59,588 bases of DNA, filler included, from 6 parts of 6 records of this genome joined end to end with filler, not necessarily neighbours in it; one strand, 5' to 3'. Shown: positions 19,805 to 30,828, counted from the whole stretch's first letter. The notes: generated from the letters alone by a model not told the origin. Numbers and translations: made by a program.

Positions 19805-22800
19805 TTAGGGGCCTTGCAAAATCTTCAGCAACACATCTGCAAGTTCAGCGCGCGCTGATTCGGAGCGCTCGAGCTGCACCTTGAGCGACTCGACCTCGTT
19901 GGACGGAGCAATGGTGCCAAACTGCTGGCGCGCTTGCTTAAGCTTCTCCATGAGAGCGTCGTCGATGCGGCGGCGCTCCTCCAGGGAGTCTTGCAGCGCG
20001 GCCTTCTCCCGCTCCAAATCGTCGATCTGGCGCGTGAAGGTCGCCTCCACGGATGCTTTCGTCTCAATTTGATCGTTCAGCACATCCACGCGGTACTGGC
20101 GTGTGTTGAGTTGCATTTGCAGCTCATCCTCTCGGTTGGCGTTTGCCGCAATTTTGTCCTCCATCTCTCGCAGCTCGGCCTCGAGCGAGGCAGTTTTCTC
20201 TTCAAGGGCGGCCGCAAGTTGGCGCTGCTCCTCGACTTCCAGTTTGGCGTCCTCGCGGGCTTCTTCGTGCTGTGCAATGCTGGCCTTGAGGATGCGCTCG
20301 TCGTGCTGCAGCGCTGCAAGCTGGATCTCAAGCTCGGAGCAGGTGCGCCGCTCTTCGGCCAGACGTGCCTCGTACCCTGCTCGCGCCTCTGCACTTTGCT
20401 CCGCGCCCTCGAGCAGCTTGGCGCGCAAGTCGGAGACATTGCCTTCCGTGGCCTGGAGCTGAGACTGCAGGCGCTTGCTGAGCTCGGCTTTGTCGTTCAG
20501 CAGGCGTTCCAGGTCGGACACCTTGGCGCGGAAGTCAGCCACTTGCTCCTCGTGCGAGCGCTGAGAATCGGAGATCTCCTGCTGCAGTTGCTGCACTGCG
20601 GCGGTCTCGGCTTCCACTCTCTGCTGCACTTGCTCAATGCGGATCTCGGTGTCGCGCAGCTTGTTCTGCAACAAGAACAATGACGACTGTGCGGCCGAGC
20701 GTTCCTTCTTGAGAGTCGAGCACTCGTCTGAGCGCGCCTCCAGTCGCTGCTCGAGGTTGCTCAGTGAGGACCGCAGCGCCTGAATGCGGCCCTGCGCGTC
20801 CGCGTCCTGTTGCTTCGCCTCTTCCAGTTGCTTGGTGAGGTTGTGCACGGACAGCTGCGCCGTGGACAGCTCCTGGTTGGTTTGGTTGAGCGTCGCTTCC
20901 AAGTCGGCGTGCCGCGTCTTCATGGCTTCATGCGTGGCCAAAGTGCCTTCCAACTCCTCGGCCGTGCTCTCAGCGCCGTGGTTAACCTCTGCCAGCTTGA
21001 TCTGCAGGTCGCTGAGCTGCTCGCGCGACGAGAATTTGAGGTCACGCAGTTCCGTCTCTGTGGCAGCGAGGCTCTCGGTCAGCCGCTCAACCTGCTCCTG
21101 CGCCGCATCGACTGCTCGCTGGCGCTCGCCCAGCTGAAGCTGCAGCCCGTTGAGCTCGGAACTGAGCACTACCTCCTGTTGCTCAAGGTTGCCGATTTGC
21201 TCCTCCATCCGCACGCGTTCGTCCTGCTGTTCTTGGCGCTGCTGGTCCAGCTGCTGGGCCAGGCTTTGGTTTTTGGACTCTTCGGTTTCGATCTGGGATT
21301 CAAGCTGCGCAGCACAACAACATGAACACAGCCGGGATGAGCGGCAGTAGCAAAGACAAATGAACACACAAACGGGCTAGCGGGCAAGCGGGCAGGCAGG
21401 CAGGGCGGTGCCGTTGCCAATTTGACACGTGGAGCCGAGAATTCACTCACGTTGGCAACGTTCTGCTGCTCCTGGCGGATTTGGTTTTGCAGGTCGACGG
21501 CCTCAAGTTTGTGGCGTCGCCGCACGTTGATGAGTTCTGCCTCGACGCTCTTGAGCTGCTGATCCAGCTTCTGGTTCTCGGCGCTGCGCTCTTCGACAAT
21601 GCGATTGAGTTCACGTTCAGTTTGCTGGCTAACCAGCATCTGGTCCTCGAGCATCTGCGCACGCGTCTCCGCAGAGGAAAGGTCGGCCGAAAGCTGATTT
21701 TGAACAGCCGTGCGATCGAAGACCTGGGCTTCAAGGTCCTTGACCAACACCTGCAGCGAATCCACTTGCGCTTGGGCCTCCTCCAGCTCCGCACGCGCTT
21801 CGCCAATTTGGCGGTCGTACTTGTCCTTCTGCGCTTCGCTCAAGCGAACGCTCTTGGCCAGCTCGTCGTAGGCGGCCTGCGTGTTCTCGAGCTTGCCCTC
21901 GGACACAAGCAGCTCGTCGCGCTTGTTGTCCAGCGCCTCCTGGAGCGCATTATTTTCATCGTCCACTCTGGCAACGCGGCCCTCGAGCAGCTGGATCTGC
22001 GTCTGCATTGCAAGAATGGATCCATTGAGAGTGCGCTCGGAGTCTTCGGATGCCTGGAGCTTCTTGGCCAGCACGTCGCAGCGCGCTTCGGCGCCCTCCA
22101 CAGCCTTGGCCAACTGCTGGTTGCGTGCTGTGGCCTCCTCAAGGCGGGTTTCGAGCACGCGAAGGCGCGCCTCGCCCTCGTGCACCTTCGCGTCGAGGTC
22201 GTTCTTCTCGCGTTCGGCGGCCTGCAGGTTGGCCCACGCGGTCTCGGTGAGCTCCTTGACAGACGCCTCGGCGGCCTCCAGGTTCTGCTGCGAGGCTGCC
22301 AGCTCGGCCGTTTTGCGCGCGAGCGAGCCTTCTAGCCCCTTGACCTGTGCGTCGAACGCGTGAGTCTCCTACAAGAAAGGGCGGCGCAAGCGGGTAGGTG
22401 GGCAGGCAGCAACACACGGTGAATGACGCGCTATCGATTCAATGGTTGAGATCGGAGAAGCCGACGGAGCTTGTTGTTGTTTGGTTTGGTTTCCCCCAAC
22501 GCACGCACCTGCACTAGCTGCTGGGTTTTGGTCTCAAGGTCGCTCTGCAGCCGCGAGTTAGCGTCCTGAAGCTCTTTCACGCGCTGTGCCTTGCCCTTTT
22601 GTTCGAACTGCAGCTCTACCAGCTCGCGCTCGATCTTGAGAGCACGGTTCTTGTAAGTCTCCAGCTGGTTGGCCGCGCGCTTCTCCGCGTACTGCTTCTC
22701 GCGCAGCTGCGTCTCGAGGCGCTTCTGCGCCAACTGAAGTCCGTGGATCTTGGACAGGTTGTCGACCTCGGCCTTGCCCTTCTCCGCGACTTTGGTCCGC

Positions 22801-23204
22801 AGCGAGGACACCCGCGCTTTGGCATTCTCGAGGTCTAGGCTGAGCTGCTTGCGCGACGTTTCTTCGATTACCAGGCGGTTGCGCAGGTTCTGCTCCTGCA
22901 CTTTCTGGGCCGACAGTTGCTCCTGGAGGCTGGTGCTCGCGTGGGCTTTCTCAAGAAGTTGAGCCTTGAGCGTGCCCACCACGCGGTTCTGCTCGGCCTC
23001 TGCGCGGTAGGCTGCCAGCGAGTTGTGAGGGCTCGCGCCGGCGGCAGAGCGAGCCGGAGAGCGTGTCGATGCCAATGGATCGGCGAGGTTGGACAGGGCG
23101 GTCAGGTAGCTCGAGTGCACCTGGTCCAGATCTTCCGACAGCCCCTGCAGTGCCGTAGGCTTGTGCGTGACACCGCTGTCGTCGTCGTCGTTGTTGTTGT
23201 TGCT
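19805..23204 (-). CDS. Eukaryotic coiled-coil protein (>1037 aa, 5'-partial, 3 visible exons)
   Basis: Exons 22509-23204, 21451-22368 and 19805-21304. Phase-0 introns 22369-22508 (GTGCGT..TTGTAG) and 21305-21450 (GTGAGT..GCGCAG) fuse three ORF-track entries into one heptad-rich frame. Confidence 0.88.
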
Positions 23205-23304
23205 NNNNNNNNNNNNNNNNNNNNNNNNNNNNNNNNNNNNNNNNNNNNTTAATTAATTAANNNNNNNNNNNNNNNNNNNNNNNNNNNNNNNNNNNNNNNN
23301 NNNN
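23205..23304. other. Artificial contig linker
   Basis: Same spacer. Confidence 0.99.
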
Positions 23305-24732
23305 CATTTTGCTCTCCATGAATTTACTCGTGGTAATAACCGAGCGGGCATCCACCATCTCACGATTTTTGTTGGGGACCTCAATACCAATAGTTCCTTT
23401 GCCTGGAATAGGCGCGATGATCCGGATACCCAAGGCCGCAAGGCTTAAAGCAATGTCGTCTTCCAGATTCTTAATCTTGGAAATCTTAATTCCTGCCTCC
23501 GGTACAATCTCGTAAAGAGTAACAGTCGGGCCAATCGTAGCTTTGATGCTCGAGATACCTATTTTGAAATTGACAAGGGTTTCAATAATTCGGTCTTTGT
23601 TGGCTTCCAACTCGTCCTTTGATACTTGAACATCCTTGTCAGGATATTCGATCAATAAGGCAGGAGTAGGAAATTTATACTTTGGTAGATCCAGCGTTGG
23701 ATCATAATTAACCGCTTCTTCTTTTACTTCTTCCTCAAATTCCTTTTGCTCCACTTCAAAAGACATATCCTCCAAAGACTCTTTCTTTGGTTTTGGCGGA
23801 GTAGGGGGAGTGGCAGGTGCTTCCCGCTCCTCTTTTGGAGCAAAAATTTTGTCTTCTACCTCTTTTGGAAGCGGTTTTTCCTCTTCCTTGAATTCAGGTA
23901 AGTCAATGGTAAATTCGGGATCTGATTTTTTACTCTCAGGCTCTTTTGGTTTGGAAGGCATCTTTTTCACCACCCAGGTTTCTGTTTCATCCCGATTGGC
24001 ATCCTCATCTTCCACCTCTCTTTTTATCTGATCTAAAACAGAGGAAATATCAGGGGCTTTTTCTTTCTTCTTTGGTAATTCAATCTTGAGGTTTTCAAAG
24101 AAGCTTACCACTTTATCACCAAAGGCACTTAAGGCTGGTAGTTGTGTGATATTGAAGAAAAACATGTTGAATATCACAAATAGGAATATGATAAAGAGAA
24201 TAGCACCCCATCCCATTAAACTCTGGGATATAATGGCGAGCTCATAGCCAATTCCTCCGCTTAGAAAACCCCAAAAACTGGATTCTTCCTTGGTTAACAG
24301 GATATAGCCCATTACCAAACTAGTCCAAATAAGATAAAATACCGTAAAGTTGAATGCTTTATAAATGGGTATCAGGGTGCGGAACCAAATGATTCGGTAA
24401 GCGATAATGAATAACAATGGTGGTATTAGAATGGCCGCAACACCAAACCATAGAAATATGAAATAATAGGCACTGATTGCACCTATCGTCCCAAATACAT
24501 TCTGCACTTCTGCCCCGGATTCTCGTACTCCGGTATCCATAAATGCTTCTACAACACTTTGATCGGCCTGACCTGTACTGAAGTAAGAAATAAAAGAGAC
24601 AGCCAGAAATAAGGAGGCTAACAGTAATGAAAAGCCAATAAACAGGTGAAACTTTCGATCAGCCAAAAAACTGATTTTAACGCCTTTCTTTTCCTTCTTG
24701 TCAGACTTCTGCTTGTATGTATTCTTCGCCAT
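23305..24732 (-). CDS. ftsK: DNA translocase FtsK, N-terminal part (cut by contig end)
   Basis: Multi-TM N-domain, linker, then GPTVTLYE..P..GIKISKIKNLEDDIALSLAALGIRIIAPIPGKGTIGIEVPN of the motor alpha domain. Confidence 0.97.
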
Positions 24733-24745
24733 AAATAATTGACTC

Positions 24746-24777
24746 CAAAAATAGTGGAGTTTTCAGGGTTACTCAAA
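24746..24777 (-). promoter_or_regulatory. Bacteroidetes housekeeping promoter for ftsK
   Basis: Minus strand TTTG-N20-TATTTTTG matches the -33/-7 consensus TTTG / TAnnTTTG. Confidence 0.65.
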
Positions 24778-24898
24778 CTCTTGACATCAACGAACACCTT
24801 TCGAACTAATTATTGGATTTAGAAGTAGAAAAAATGACATCATGTATGTGATAGATGTACTATCCACAGAATAATTATTGCTTTTAAATTGCAATGCA

Positions 24899-25978
24899 AT
24901 GAAGCTGGAGTTTGTAAACATCATTCAAATTGTATTGATTTTTCAAGGGGCTTTCTTTTGTGTGTTTCTCTTGTCTCCCAATAGAAACAGGTACAAAAGC
25001 AATCGTTTTTTGGCAACATTCCTGGGAATTTTGACGATCCATATGATCCTTAATCTGATTTATGAGACTTCAGACTTTAAGCTGCTAGATCTAACACCTA
25101 CTTTAGGGTTACTTTATGGACCACTTCTCTATTTGTTTGTCGAATCGTTGACTCGTTCCTTCAAGCCCAGCATCATGAAATTGGCCATTCATGCTGCCCC
25201 ATGGGTGATAGCACTCATTTTTTTACTTTTTCCAAACCTTCAGATTCATAAGCTATTGGGGATAGTTATACTCCTTAGCATGTCAGCTTACATCATTGCC
25301 AGTTTCTTGATTGTTAATAAGTATCATGAGGTGGTTACAATTGTTGATGCTCGTGGCAATGAGATTGGACTTACATGGGTCAAACACTTACTTATATTAC
25401 TAAGTGGTGTACTTGTTCTGGAAATAATCAGAAACCTACTGTTGAATCCAGGCACTAATGAGGAAAAACTTGCCTACGTGTTAATGACATTTGGGCTCCT
25501 AACCTTTGTGATCACATTGGTTTACAAAGGTCTTAAGCATCCAATAATTTATGGAGGACTTAGTTCTGAAGATATGGTTATCGCTAATGATAAGCGCACT
25601 AAATATGAATCTTCAAAACTCACCAATAAAGAGATCGACCATCATGCAATTGACATTGAAAAATCCATGAGTGAGCATCGTCCATACAGAAATCCTGATT
25701 TGAATATTAAAGAATTGGCAGCATTGCTCGACATGAATCCTCGTCATTTGTCACAGACAATCAATATGCATTTTGATATGAATTTTTCGGAGTATATCAA
25801 TTTTCATCGAATAGAAGAGGCAAAACAGCTACTGGTTGAGTCCATCGATTCTGGGAAGACAATCCTTGAAATTTTATACGCAACTGGGTTCAATACAAAA
25901 TCCAATTTCAATCATACTTTCAAAGAATTGACCGGGTTAACACCATCTGCATTTAAAAATATTCATAGATCCAAATAA
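24899..25978 (+). CDS. Membrane-embedded AraC-family transcriptional regulator
   Basis: Multi-TM N-terminus; C-terminal PYRNPDLNIKELA...LSQTIN...NFSEYIN.HRIEEAK...ATGFNTKSNFN..FK..TG.TPS.F. Likely ATG at 24899. Confidence 0.93.
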   Translation: MKLEFVNIIQIVLIFQGAFFCVFLLSPNRNRYKSNRFLATFLGILTIHMILNLIYETSDFKLLDLTPTLGLLYGPLLYLFVESLTRSFKPSIMKLAIHAAPWVIALIFLLFPNLQIHKLLGIVILLSMSAYIIASFLIVNKYHEVVTIVDARGNEIGLTWVKHLLILLSGVLVLEIIRNLLLNPGTNEEKLAYVLMTFGLLTFVITLVYKGLKHPIIYGGLSSEDMVIANDKRTKYESSKLTNKEIDHHAIDIEKSMSEHRPYRNPDLNIKELAALLDMNPRHLSQTINMHFDMNFSEYINFHRIEEAKQLLVESIDSGKTILEILYATGFNTKSNFNHTFKELTGLTPSAFKNIHRSK

Positions 25979-26047
25979 AAAGGGTCAAGAATCACGTTTC
26001 CGGTCGAAACTAGATTTTGGTAGGCTCATCATTGCTATAAAAAACGC

Positions 26048-26812
26048 ATGATGAAACCGAAGAAAATTATTCGTGTCACATTTAAGGTGGCAATCTCCTT
26101 GCTGTCGCTTTTATTGCTTTCGGCTCCACTTGGTGCCGTAGATTTTGGAAAGAATCCACTAAAAAAGGAACAGGAAAAGTATGCATTTAGGGGTGTAAGA
26201 ATCATAGAGTTGCATGCTGATCCATATGCCTTAAAGCAAGACTCGGCCAGCTTCATCGATACCAATGATTTCATCTCAGATTTGAAAACGGTATTAGTAG
26301 ATAAAGGAAAAATCACCTCCATTATCGATATGAATGCGCCAATTGATCCATCATATGAAATTATAGCTGCTGATGATAAATATCTCATGGCTGGACTCAT
26401 GGATATGCATACTCATTTATTAGATCGATCCGATTTGTTACTCTACCTGGCAAATGGGGTTACCACAGTAAGAAATATGATGGGAATGTCCATGCATCTT
26501 CGATGGCGAGAGCAAGTTCGAACGGGAGAATACCTAGGTCCAACCATTTACACTGGCAGTCCTACATTAAATGCCGGAGATAATACAGGACCATTTCATA
26601 AGGTGGTAAAGAACCCAAAGAAGGCACGAAAAGCTGTACAGAGATTCGCGAAAAAAGGATACGATTTCATTAAGGTTTATGATGGTATCACCGATGAATT
26701 ACTTGTTGCTATTGTAGACGAATCTGAAAAGCAAGGCCTTTCGATAGCGAAAGACCATACCAGTGGTTTCAGGACTTTTGGAAGATTACTTGGTCATTTA
26801 ATAAGTAAGTAA
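26048..26812 (+). pseudogene. Amidohydrolase-family protein, apparently C-terminally truncated
   Basis: Signal peptide, YLMAGLMDMHTH, YLANGVTTVR, GYDFIKVY; ends at 254 aa before the later metal ligands, directly against the pyrD stop. Confidence 0.7.
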
Positions 26813-27844
26813 TTATAAGCTGTGAGCCAGCAACGCTTTATTGATTTTCTTAATGAGACCCGGGCCCTTATACACCAGACCTGTGTAAACCTGAACCAAG
26901 TTGGCTCCAGCATTAATTTTTTCGATGGCATCATCCGGGGACATGATGCCCCCCACAGCAATGATATGAACGGTAGGAAGATGTCTTCTGATATACCGAA
27001 GCACCTCATTTGATTTATGAAAAACCGGTTTCCCACTTAAACCTCCAGCGCCGATGGATTCAATCTTCTTCTCAGGAGTAGTAAGATTTTTTCTGTCAAT
27101 GGTGGTATTGGAAACAATCAATCCGTCGAGGTTCAGATCGTTGGTGATGGAGATGATGTCATCCAGCTGCGATTCGGTCAAATCAGGAGCGATCTTAAGT
27201 AGAATGGGTTTGGGAGAGGTCTTTTCTTTGTTTTTCTCCTGTAGGGTTTTGAGAAGCTTAGTGAGTGGTTCTTTTTCCTGAAGATCCCTTAATCCCGGTG
27301 TATTGGGAGAGCTCACATTTACTACAAAGTAGTCGACATGCTCAAATAATTGTTCGAAACAGATTAGGTAGTCATCAAGTGCATTCTCATTTGGGGTGAC
27401 CTTGTTCTTGCCAATATTTCCACCTACGATGATGTTTGATTTTCTTTCTCTAAGTCGCATCACTGCAGCTTCAACACCCTCATTGTTGAATCCCATGCGG
27501 TTGATCAATGCCTCGTCTCCAGGCAATCTGAATAGCCTGGGTTGGGGATTACCGGGTTGTCCTTTTGGAGTTAAGGTTCCTATTTCTATAAACCCAAAAC
27601 CCAGATTGGAAAAATCATCAATCAGCTCGGCATTTTTGTCAAAGCCTGCCGCCAGGCCTACTGGGTTTTTAAACCTGATTCCAAATACATCTTTTTCCAG
27701 CCTTTGATCTTCAAAGTGAAAAAGTGAGCGCACTAATGATTTGCCAAGAGGCAAGCGAAGTAAAAGGTGCAGTAATCGAGTAGTTATTTTATGCGCTTTT
27801 TCAGGTGAAAAAAGGAATAGAAAAGGCTTAATCAGTTGGTACAT
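26813..27844 (-). CDS. pyrD: Quinone-dependent dihydroorotate dehydrogenase (class 2)
   Basis: NPVGLAAGFDKN, QPGNPQPRLFRL, NRMGFNN, NVSSPNTPGLR, KIAPDL, GGLSG. Confidence 0.98.
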   Translation of the reverse strand: MYQLIKPFLFLFSPEKAHKITTRLLHLLLRLPLGKSLVRSLFHFEDQRLEKDVFGIRFKNPVGLAAGFDKNAELIDDFSNLGFGFIEIGTLTPKGQPGNPQPRLFRLPGDEALINRMGFNNEGVEAAVMRLRERKSNIIVGGNIGKNKVTPNENALDDYLICFEQLFEHVDYFVVNVSSPNTPGLRDLQEKEPLTKLLKTLQEKNKEKTSPKPILLKIAPDLTESQLDDIISITNDLNLDGLIVSNTTIDRKNLTTPEKKIESIGAGGLSGKPVFHKSNEVLRYIRRHLPTVHIIAVGGIMSPDDAIEKINAGANLVQVYTGLVYKGPGLIKKINKALLAHSL

Positions 27845-28743
27845 CAGCTTCTTGGATGAAATTGAGTAATCACTTGTTTTAAATAATCTCTGTCCAGGTG
27901 GGTGTATATCTCAGTGGTTGTAATGGACTCATGTCCTAGCATCTCCTGAACTGCCCTCAGGTCAGCACCCCCCTCGATCAAGTGTGTCGCAAAACTATGA
28001 CGAAATGTGTGAGGGCTTATGTTTTTCTTCAAACCAATTTTTGCGGCCAGATCTTTGATGACCATGAATACCATCACACGGCTGATTGATTTGCCTCGTT
28101 TGGTCACAAACAAGTGATCTTCAAATCCTTTTTGAATGGCAATGTGTACCCGAACTTCATCTCTGAAAATACGAATGTGTTTAAGCGCAGATCGACCAAT
28201 TGGTACGAGCCGTTCTTTGCTTCCTTTACCAACCACACTTAGAAAACCGATATCATCATGGATGTTGCTGATCTTGAGTTCGGTAAGCTCCGAAACACGT
28301 AATCCGGAGCTATAAAGTGTTTCCAGCATGGCCCTGTTTCTTTGACCTTCTGCCTTTGACATATCTATCGCGTCAAAGAGCTCCTCAATTTCAGGGAGAT
28401 CAAGGGTGTCCGGTAGTTTTCTTCCCAATTTAGGCCCCTCAATCAATGCAGAAGGATCTTTGGTAATCACTTCTTCGTATACCAGGAACTTAAAGAATGC
28501 TTTTAGGCCAGAGACCATCCGAGCCTGGGTATAAGCAGACATACCTAACTCATTGATGAACTCAAGAAAATCGATTAAATCCTGTTGTGAAACCTTGGTA
28601 GGAGGGACATCTCGTTCTTTAATCTCAAAAAACTGCCTTAATTTCGAAATATCGGACAAATAAGCATCGACTGAATTACCCGCGAGCGAGCGCTCCAGTT
28701 TGAGGTAACTTTTGAATTGCTTTGTGTAGATGTCCCAACTCAC
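27844..28743 (-). CDS. xerD: Site-specific tyrosine recombinase XerD
   Basis: RNRAMLETLYSSGLRVSEL, GKGSKERLVP, SPHTFRHSFATHL, VQEMLGHESITTTEIYTH; housekeeping context. Confidence 0.92.
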   Translation of the reverse strand: MSWDIYTKQFKSYLKLERSLAGNSVDAYLSDISKLRQFFEIKERDVPPTKVSQQDLIDFLEFINELGMSAYTQARMVSGLKAFFKFLVYEEVITKDPSALIEGPKLGRKLPDTLDLPEIEELFDAIDMSKAEGQRNRAMLETLYSSGLRVSELTELKISNIHDDIGFLSVVGKGSKERLVPIGRSALKHIRIFRDEVRVHIAIQKGFEDHLFVTKRGKSISRVMVFMVIKDLAAKIGLKKNISPHTFRHSFATHLIEGGADLRAVQEMLGHESITTTEIYTHLDRDYLKQVITQFHPRS

Positions 28744-28750
28744 TTAAGAA

Positions 28751-28758
28751 CAAAATTA
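28751..28758 (-). promoter_or_regulatory. Bacteroidetes -7 box for xerD-pyrD
   Basis: TAATTTTG on the minus strand, 7 nt upstream of the xerD GTG. Confidence 0.5.
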
Positions 28759-28760
28759 CC

Positions 28761-29192
28761 ATGAAGATCATCATTATCAATGGACCAAACCTGAACCTTC
28801 TGGGGAAACGAGAACCTGAGATTTATGGCAGTGAATCATTTGAAGAGTTCTTCGAAGTACTGAAGTCTCGTTTCAGTAATTGTTCTTTTGAATATTTTCA
28901 ATCCAATCATGAAGGTACGTTGATCGACAAACTGCATGAAGTAGGTTTTGATTGTGATGGCATTGTAATGAATCCTGGTGCGTATACGCATACCAGCATT
29001 GCCATACGAGATGCTATTTCAGGTATTCATTCTCCGGTTTTTGAGGTGCATATTTCAAATTTGGCAGAAAGGGAAGCATTCAGACAGCATAGCTATGTCT
29101 CGGATGTATGCGTGGGTAGTTTGAGTGGAATGGGTTTGGAAGGATATGCAGTGGCCATCGAACGATTAATTTCGGGGGATCATGCCTCATGA
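28761..29192 (+). CDS. aroQ: Type II 3-dehydroquinate dehydratase
   Basis: INGPNLNLLGKREPEIYG, QSNHEG, NPGAYTHTS, EVHISN, REAFR; ATG at 28761. Confidence 0.98.
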   Translation: MKIIIINGPNLNLLGKREPEIYGSESFEEFFEVLKSRFSNCSFEYFQSNHEGTLIDKLHEVGFDCDGIVMNPGAYTHTSIAIRDAISGIHSPVFEVHISNLAEREAFRQHSYVSDVCVGSLSGMGLEGYAVAIERLISGDHAS

Positions 29193-29245
29193 TGAATGCA
29201 AAATCGTAATTCTGGTTGTAACTTTCCACTAAATACACCACCGCC

Positions 29246-29791
29246 ATGACCGAAGTACAAAAGCAAAAAGTCACACATTTTTTTAACGTCCTGGATCACG
29301 ATGGGAATACCATTCTTCAGCCGGAAGATTTTCAACTGGTAGGGGACGCCATCAGTGATATTGTTGGATTCAATCCAAATTCAAGAGAACGTCTGGAATT
29401 GAAGCTAAGAGCACACAAGCTTTTCGTTCAAATCCTGAAAGACATTGATAAAAAAGAAGCGCAGCTATCACTAACCGAGTGGCTTCAATTTTTTGGGGAT
29501 GTGGTTCTAACCAGACCCAATGATTATGTCAATCAGTCATCAACCTATCTTTTTTCCTTGTTTGATCAGGATGGTGATGGCTTCATCGATCAGAAAGAAT
29601 ACCTCGATATGTTTAAGGCGTATGGCCTGTATTCAGCTCAGGCGAAGAAAGCATTTGATATGTTGGACATCAACGGTGATGGCCAGATAAGCGGGGGCGA
29701 GTTGGTAAAAGCTTTTGAGGATTTCTTTTCGTCCTCAGATGAAAACGCCCCCGGAAACTGGATCTTTGGTGAATGGAGACAGCTGACCTAG
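29246..29791 (+). CDS. Bacterial EF-hand Ca2+-binding protein (calerythrin/SCP-like)
   Basis: Loops DHDGNTILQPED, DQDGDGFIDQKE and DINGDGQISGGE, a degenerate second hand, and C-terminal APGNWIFG. Confidence 0.88.
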   Translation: MTEVQKQKVTHFFNVLDHDGNTILQPEDFQLVGDAISDIVGFNPNSRERLELKLRAHKLFVQILKDIDKKEAQLSLTEWLQFFGDVVLTRPNDYVNQSSTYLFSLFDQDGDGFIDQKEYLDMFKAYGLYSAQAKKAFDMLDINGDGQISGGELVKAFEDFFSSSDENAPGNWIFGEWRQLT

Positions 29792-30024
29792 CTATTAGGT
29801 AGCGATTCGAACTCCTGTCGTTTTTCTTCGAACCATTTCTGCATGGCAGCCGGATCTTGCATGAGGCCTTGCATTTGCTCCATGGCCTTCAAGTGTGCTT
29901 CATCTCCTTTTTGAAACATTTCCATCCCATGTTGCTTGCTGAGTTCGGCCATTTCTTCGAAGGTCTCTGCTTTAAACTCCAGTTCACAAGCGCCTCCAAG
30001 TTGATTGCATGTCATTGTTTTCAT
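29788..30024 (-). CDS. DUF1059-like small putative metal-binding protein
   Basis: MKTMTC..LGGAC..EF.AETFEE.....KQH pattern. Confidence 0.8.
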   Translation of the reverse strand: MKTMTCNQLGGACELEFKAETFEEMAELSKQHGMEMFQKGDEAHLKAMEQMQGLMQDPAAMQKWFEEKRQEFESLPNS

Positions 30025-30032
30025 AGTCTTAT

Positions 30033-30500
30033 TTAGTCTTGATTAAGTTGTATTAAATATTTTCCAAGGCGACCAAAAACAGACCCCCATCCATTATAAA
30101 CTCCCATTTTTTCTTGCTGCAGCTTGTATTCCTCTGTTTTATGAATGACTTGAAAGGTGAAATCAGTTTTTTCACCAACAGGTTTGAGTGTGACTACCAT
30201 GGTGACTCCTTCCGTCATTGGAAGAAAGTTGGCTGTAGTTATCAATTTATTAGGTTTTGTGATCTCCAGGTATTCGCCTTCTGCAATGAAATCCCTTCCT
30301 CCTGGCATGGCCATGATATATTTCCACTTACCCCCAATCTTGAATTCATGTAAAACAATTTTGGTTTGAATGCCTTCAGGTCCCCACCATTTCACAATAT
30401 GTTCGGCATCTGTCCATGCTTCCCATACCAGTTCAATTGGTGCATCCAGCACGCGGTGTATGGTAATCGTCTTGTTGGCATCTTTATCAGACATCATCAT
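30033..30500 (-). CDS. SRPBCC/AHSA1-domain protein
   Basis: RVLDAPIELVWEAWTD.EHI.KWWGP, GGKWKY.M, GWGSVF.RL. Confidence 0.92.
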   Translation of the reverse strand: MMMSDKDANKTITIHRVLDAPIELVWEAWTDAEHIVKWWGPEGIQTKIVLHEFKIGGKWKYIMAMPGGRDFIAEGEYLEITKPNKLITTANFLPMTEGVTMVVTLKPVGEKTDFTFQVIHKTEEYKLQQEKMGVYNGWGSVFGRLGKYLIQLNQD

Positions 30501-30822
30501 CTTTTTTCTTTTTAAGCTCCATTAAATAATTCTCGAATGAGTCGATGCGATTCTCCCATAGCTTTTTGTACTGCTCGATCCATAGGAATGCCGGCACTAA
30601 ACTCGCAGGTTGAATGCTGCAGAAACGCTCCCTGCCTTGCTTGGTGATTTCGACGAGTCCACATTCTTCCAGAATCTTTATTTGTTGGGAGATGGCCGGT
30701 CGACTGATATCAAAAGCAGAAGCAATGGCATTGAGATTTTTCGGCTCTTCTGACAGAAGGCCTATTATCTCTCTGCGAGTGGGATCTGCAATGGCTTGAA
30801 ATACATCTCTACGTGCGTCCAT
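30487..30822 (-). CDS. ArsR/SmtB-family transcriptional regulator
   Basis: RRDVFQAIADPTRREII, ISRPAISQQIKIL.ECGLV, GRER.C; typical partner of SRPBCC genes. Confidence 0.95.
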   Translation of the reverse strand: MDARRDVFQAIADPTRREIIGLLSEEPKNLNAIASAFDISRPAISQQIKILEECGLVEITKQGRERFCSIQPASLVPAFLWIEQYKKLWENRIDSFENYLMELKKKKDDDV

Positions 30823-30828
30823 ATTAAA

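Noticed and set aside
7028..23204. Eukaryote-to-bacterium gene transfer
   Set aside because: The eukaryotic DNA lies on separate contigs bounded by linkers and carries spliceosomal introns.
27844..28743. Tyrosine recombinase as a phage integrase or as the invertase for contig E
   Set aside because: Looks like housekeeping XerD next to pyrD and aroQ, and lies on a different contig that is probably from another organism.
18400..29791. Link between the eukaryotic EF-hand gene and the bacterial EF-hand gene
   Set aside because: Different contigs and different EF-hand families; their proximity is an artefact of concatenation.
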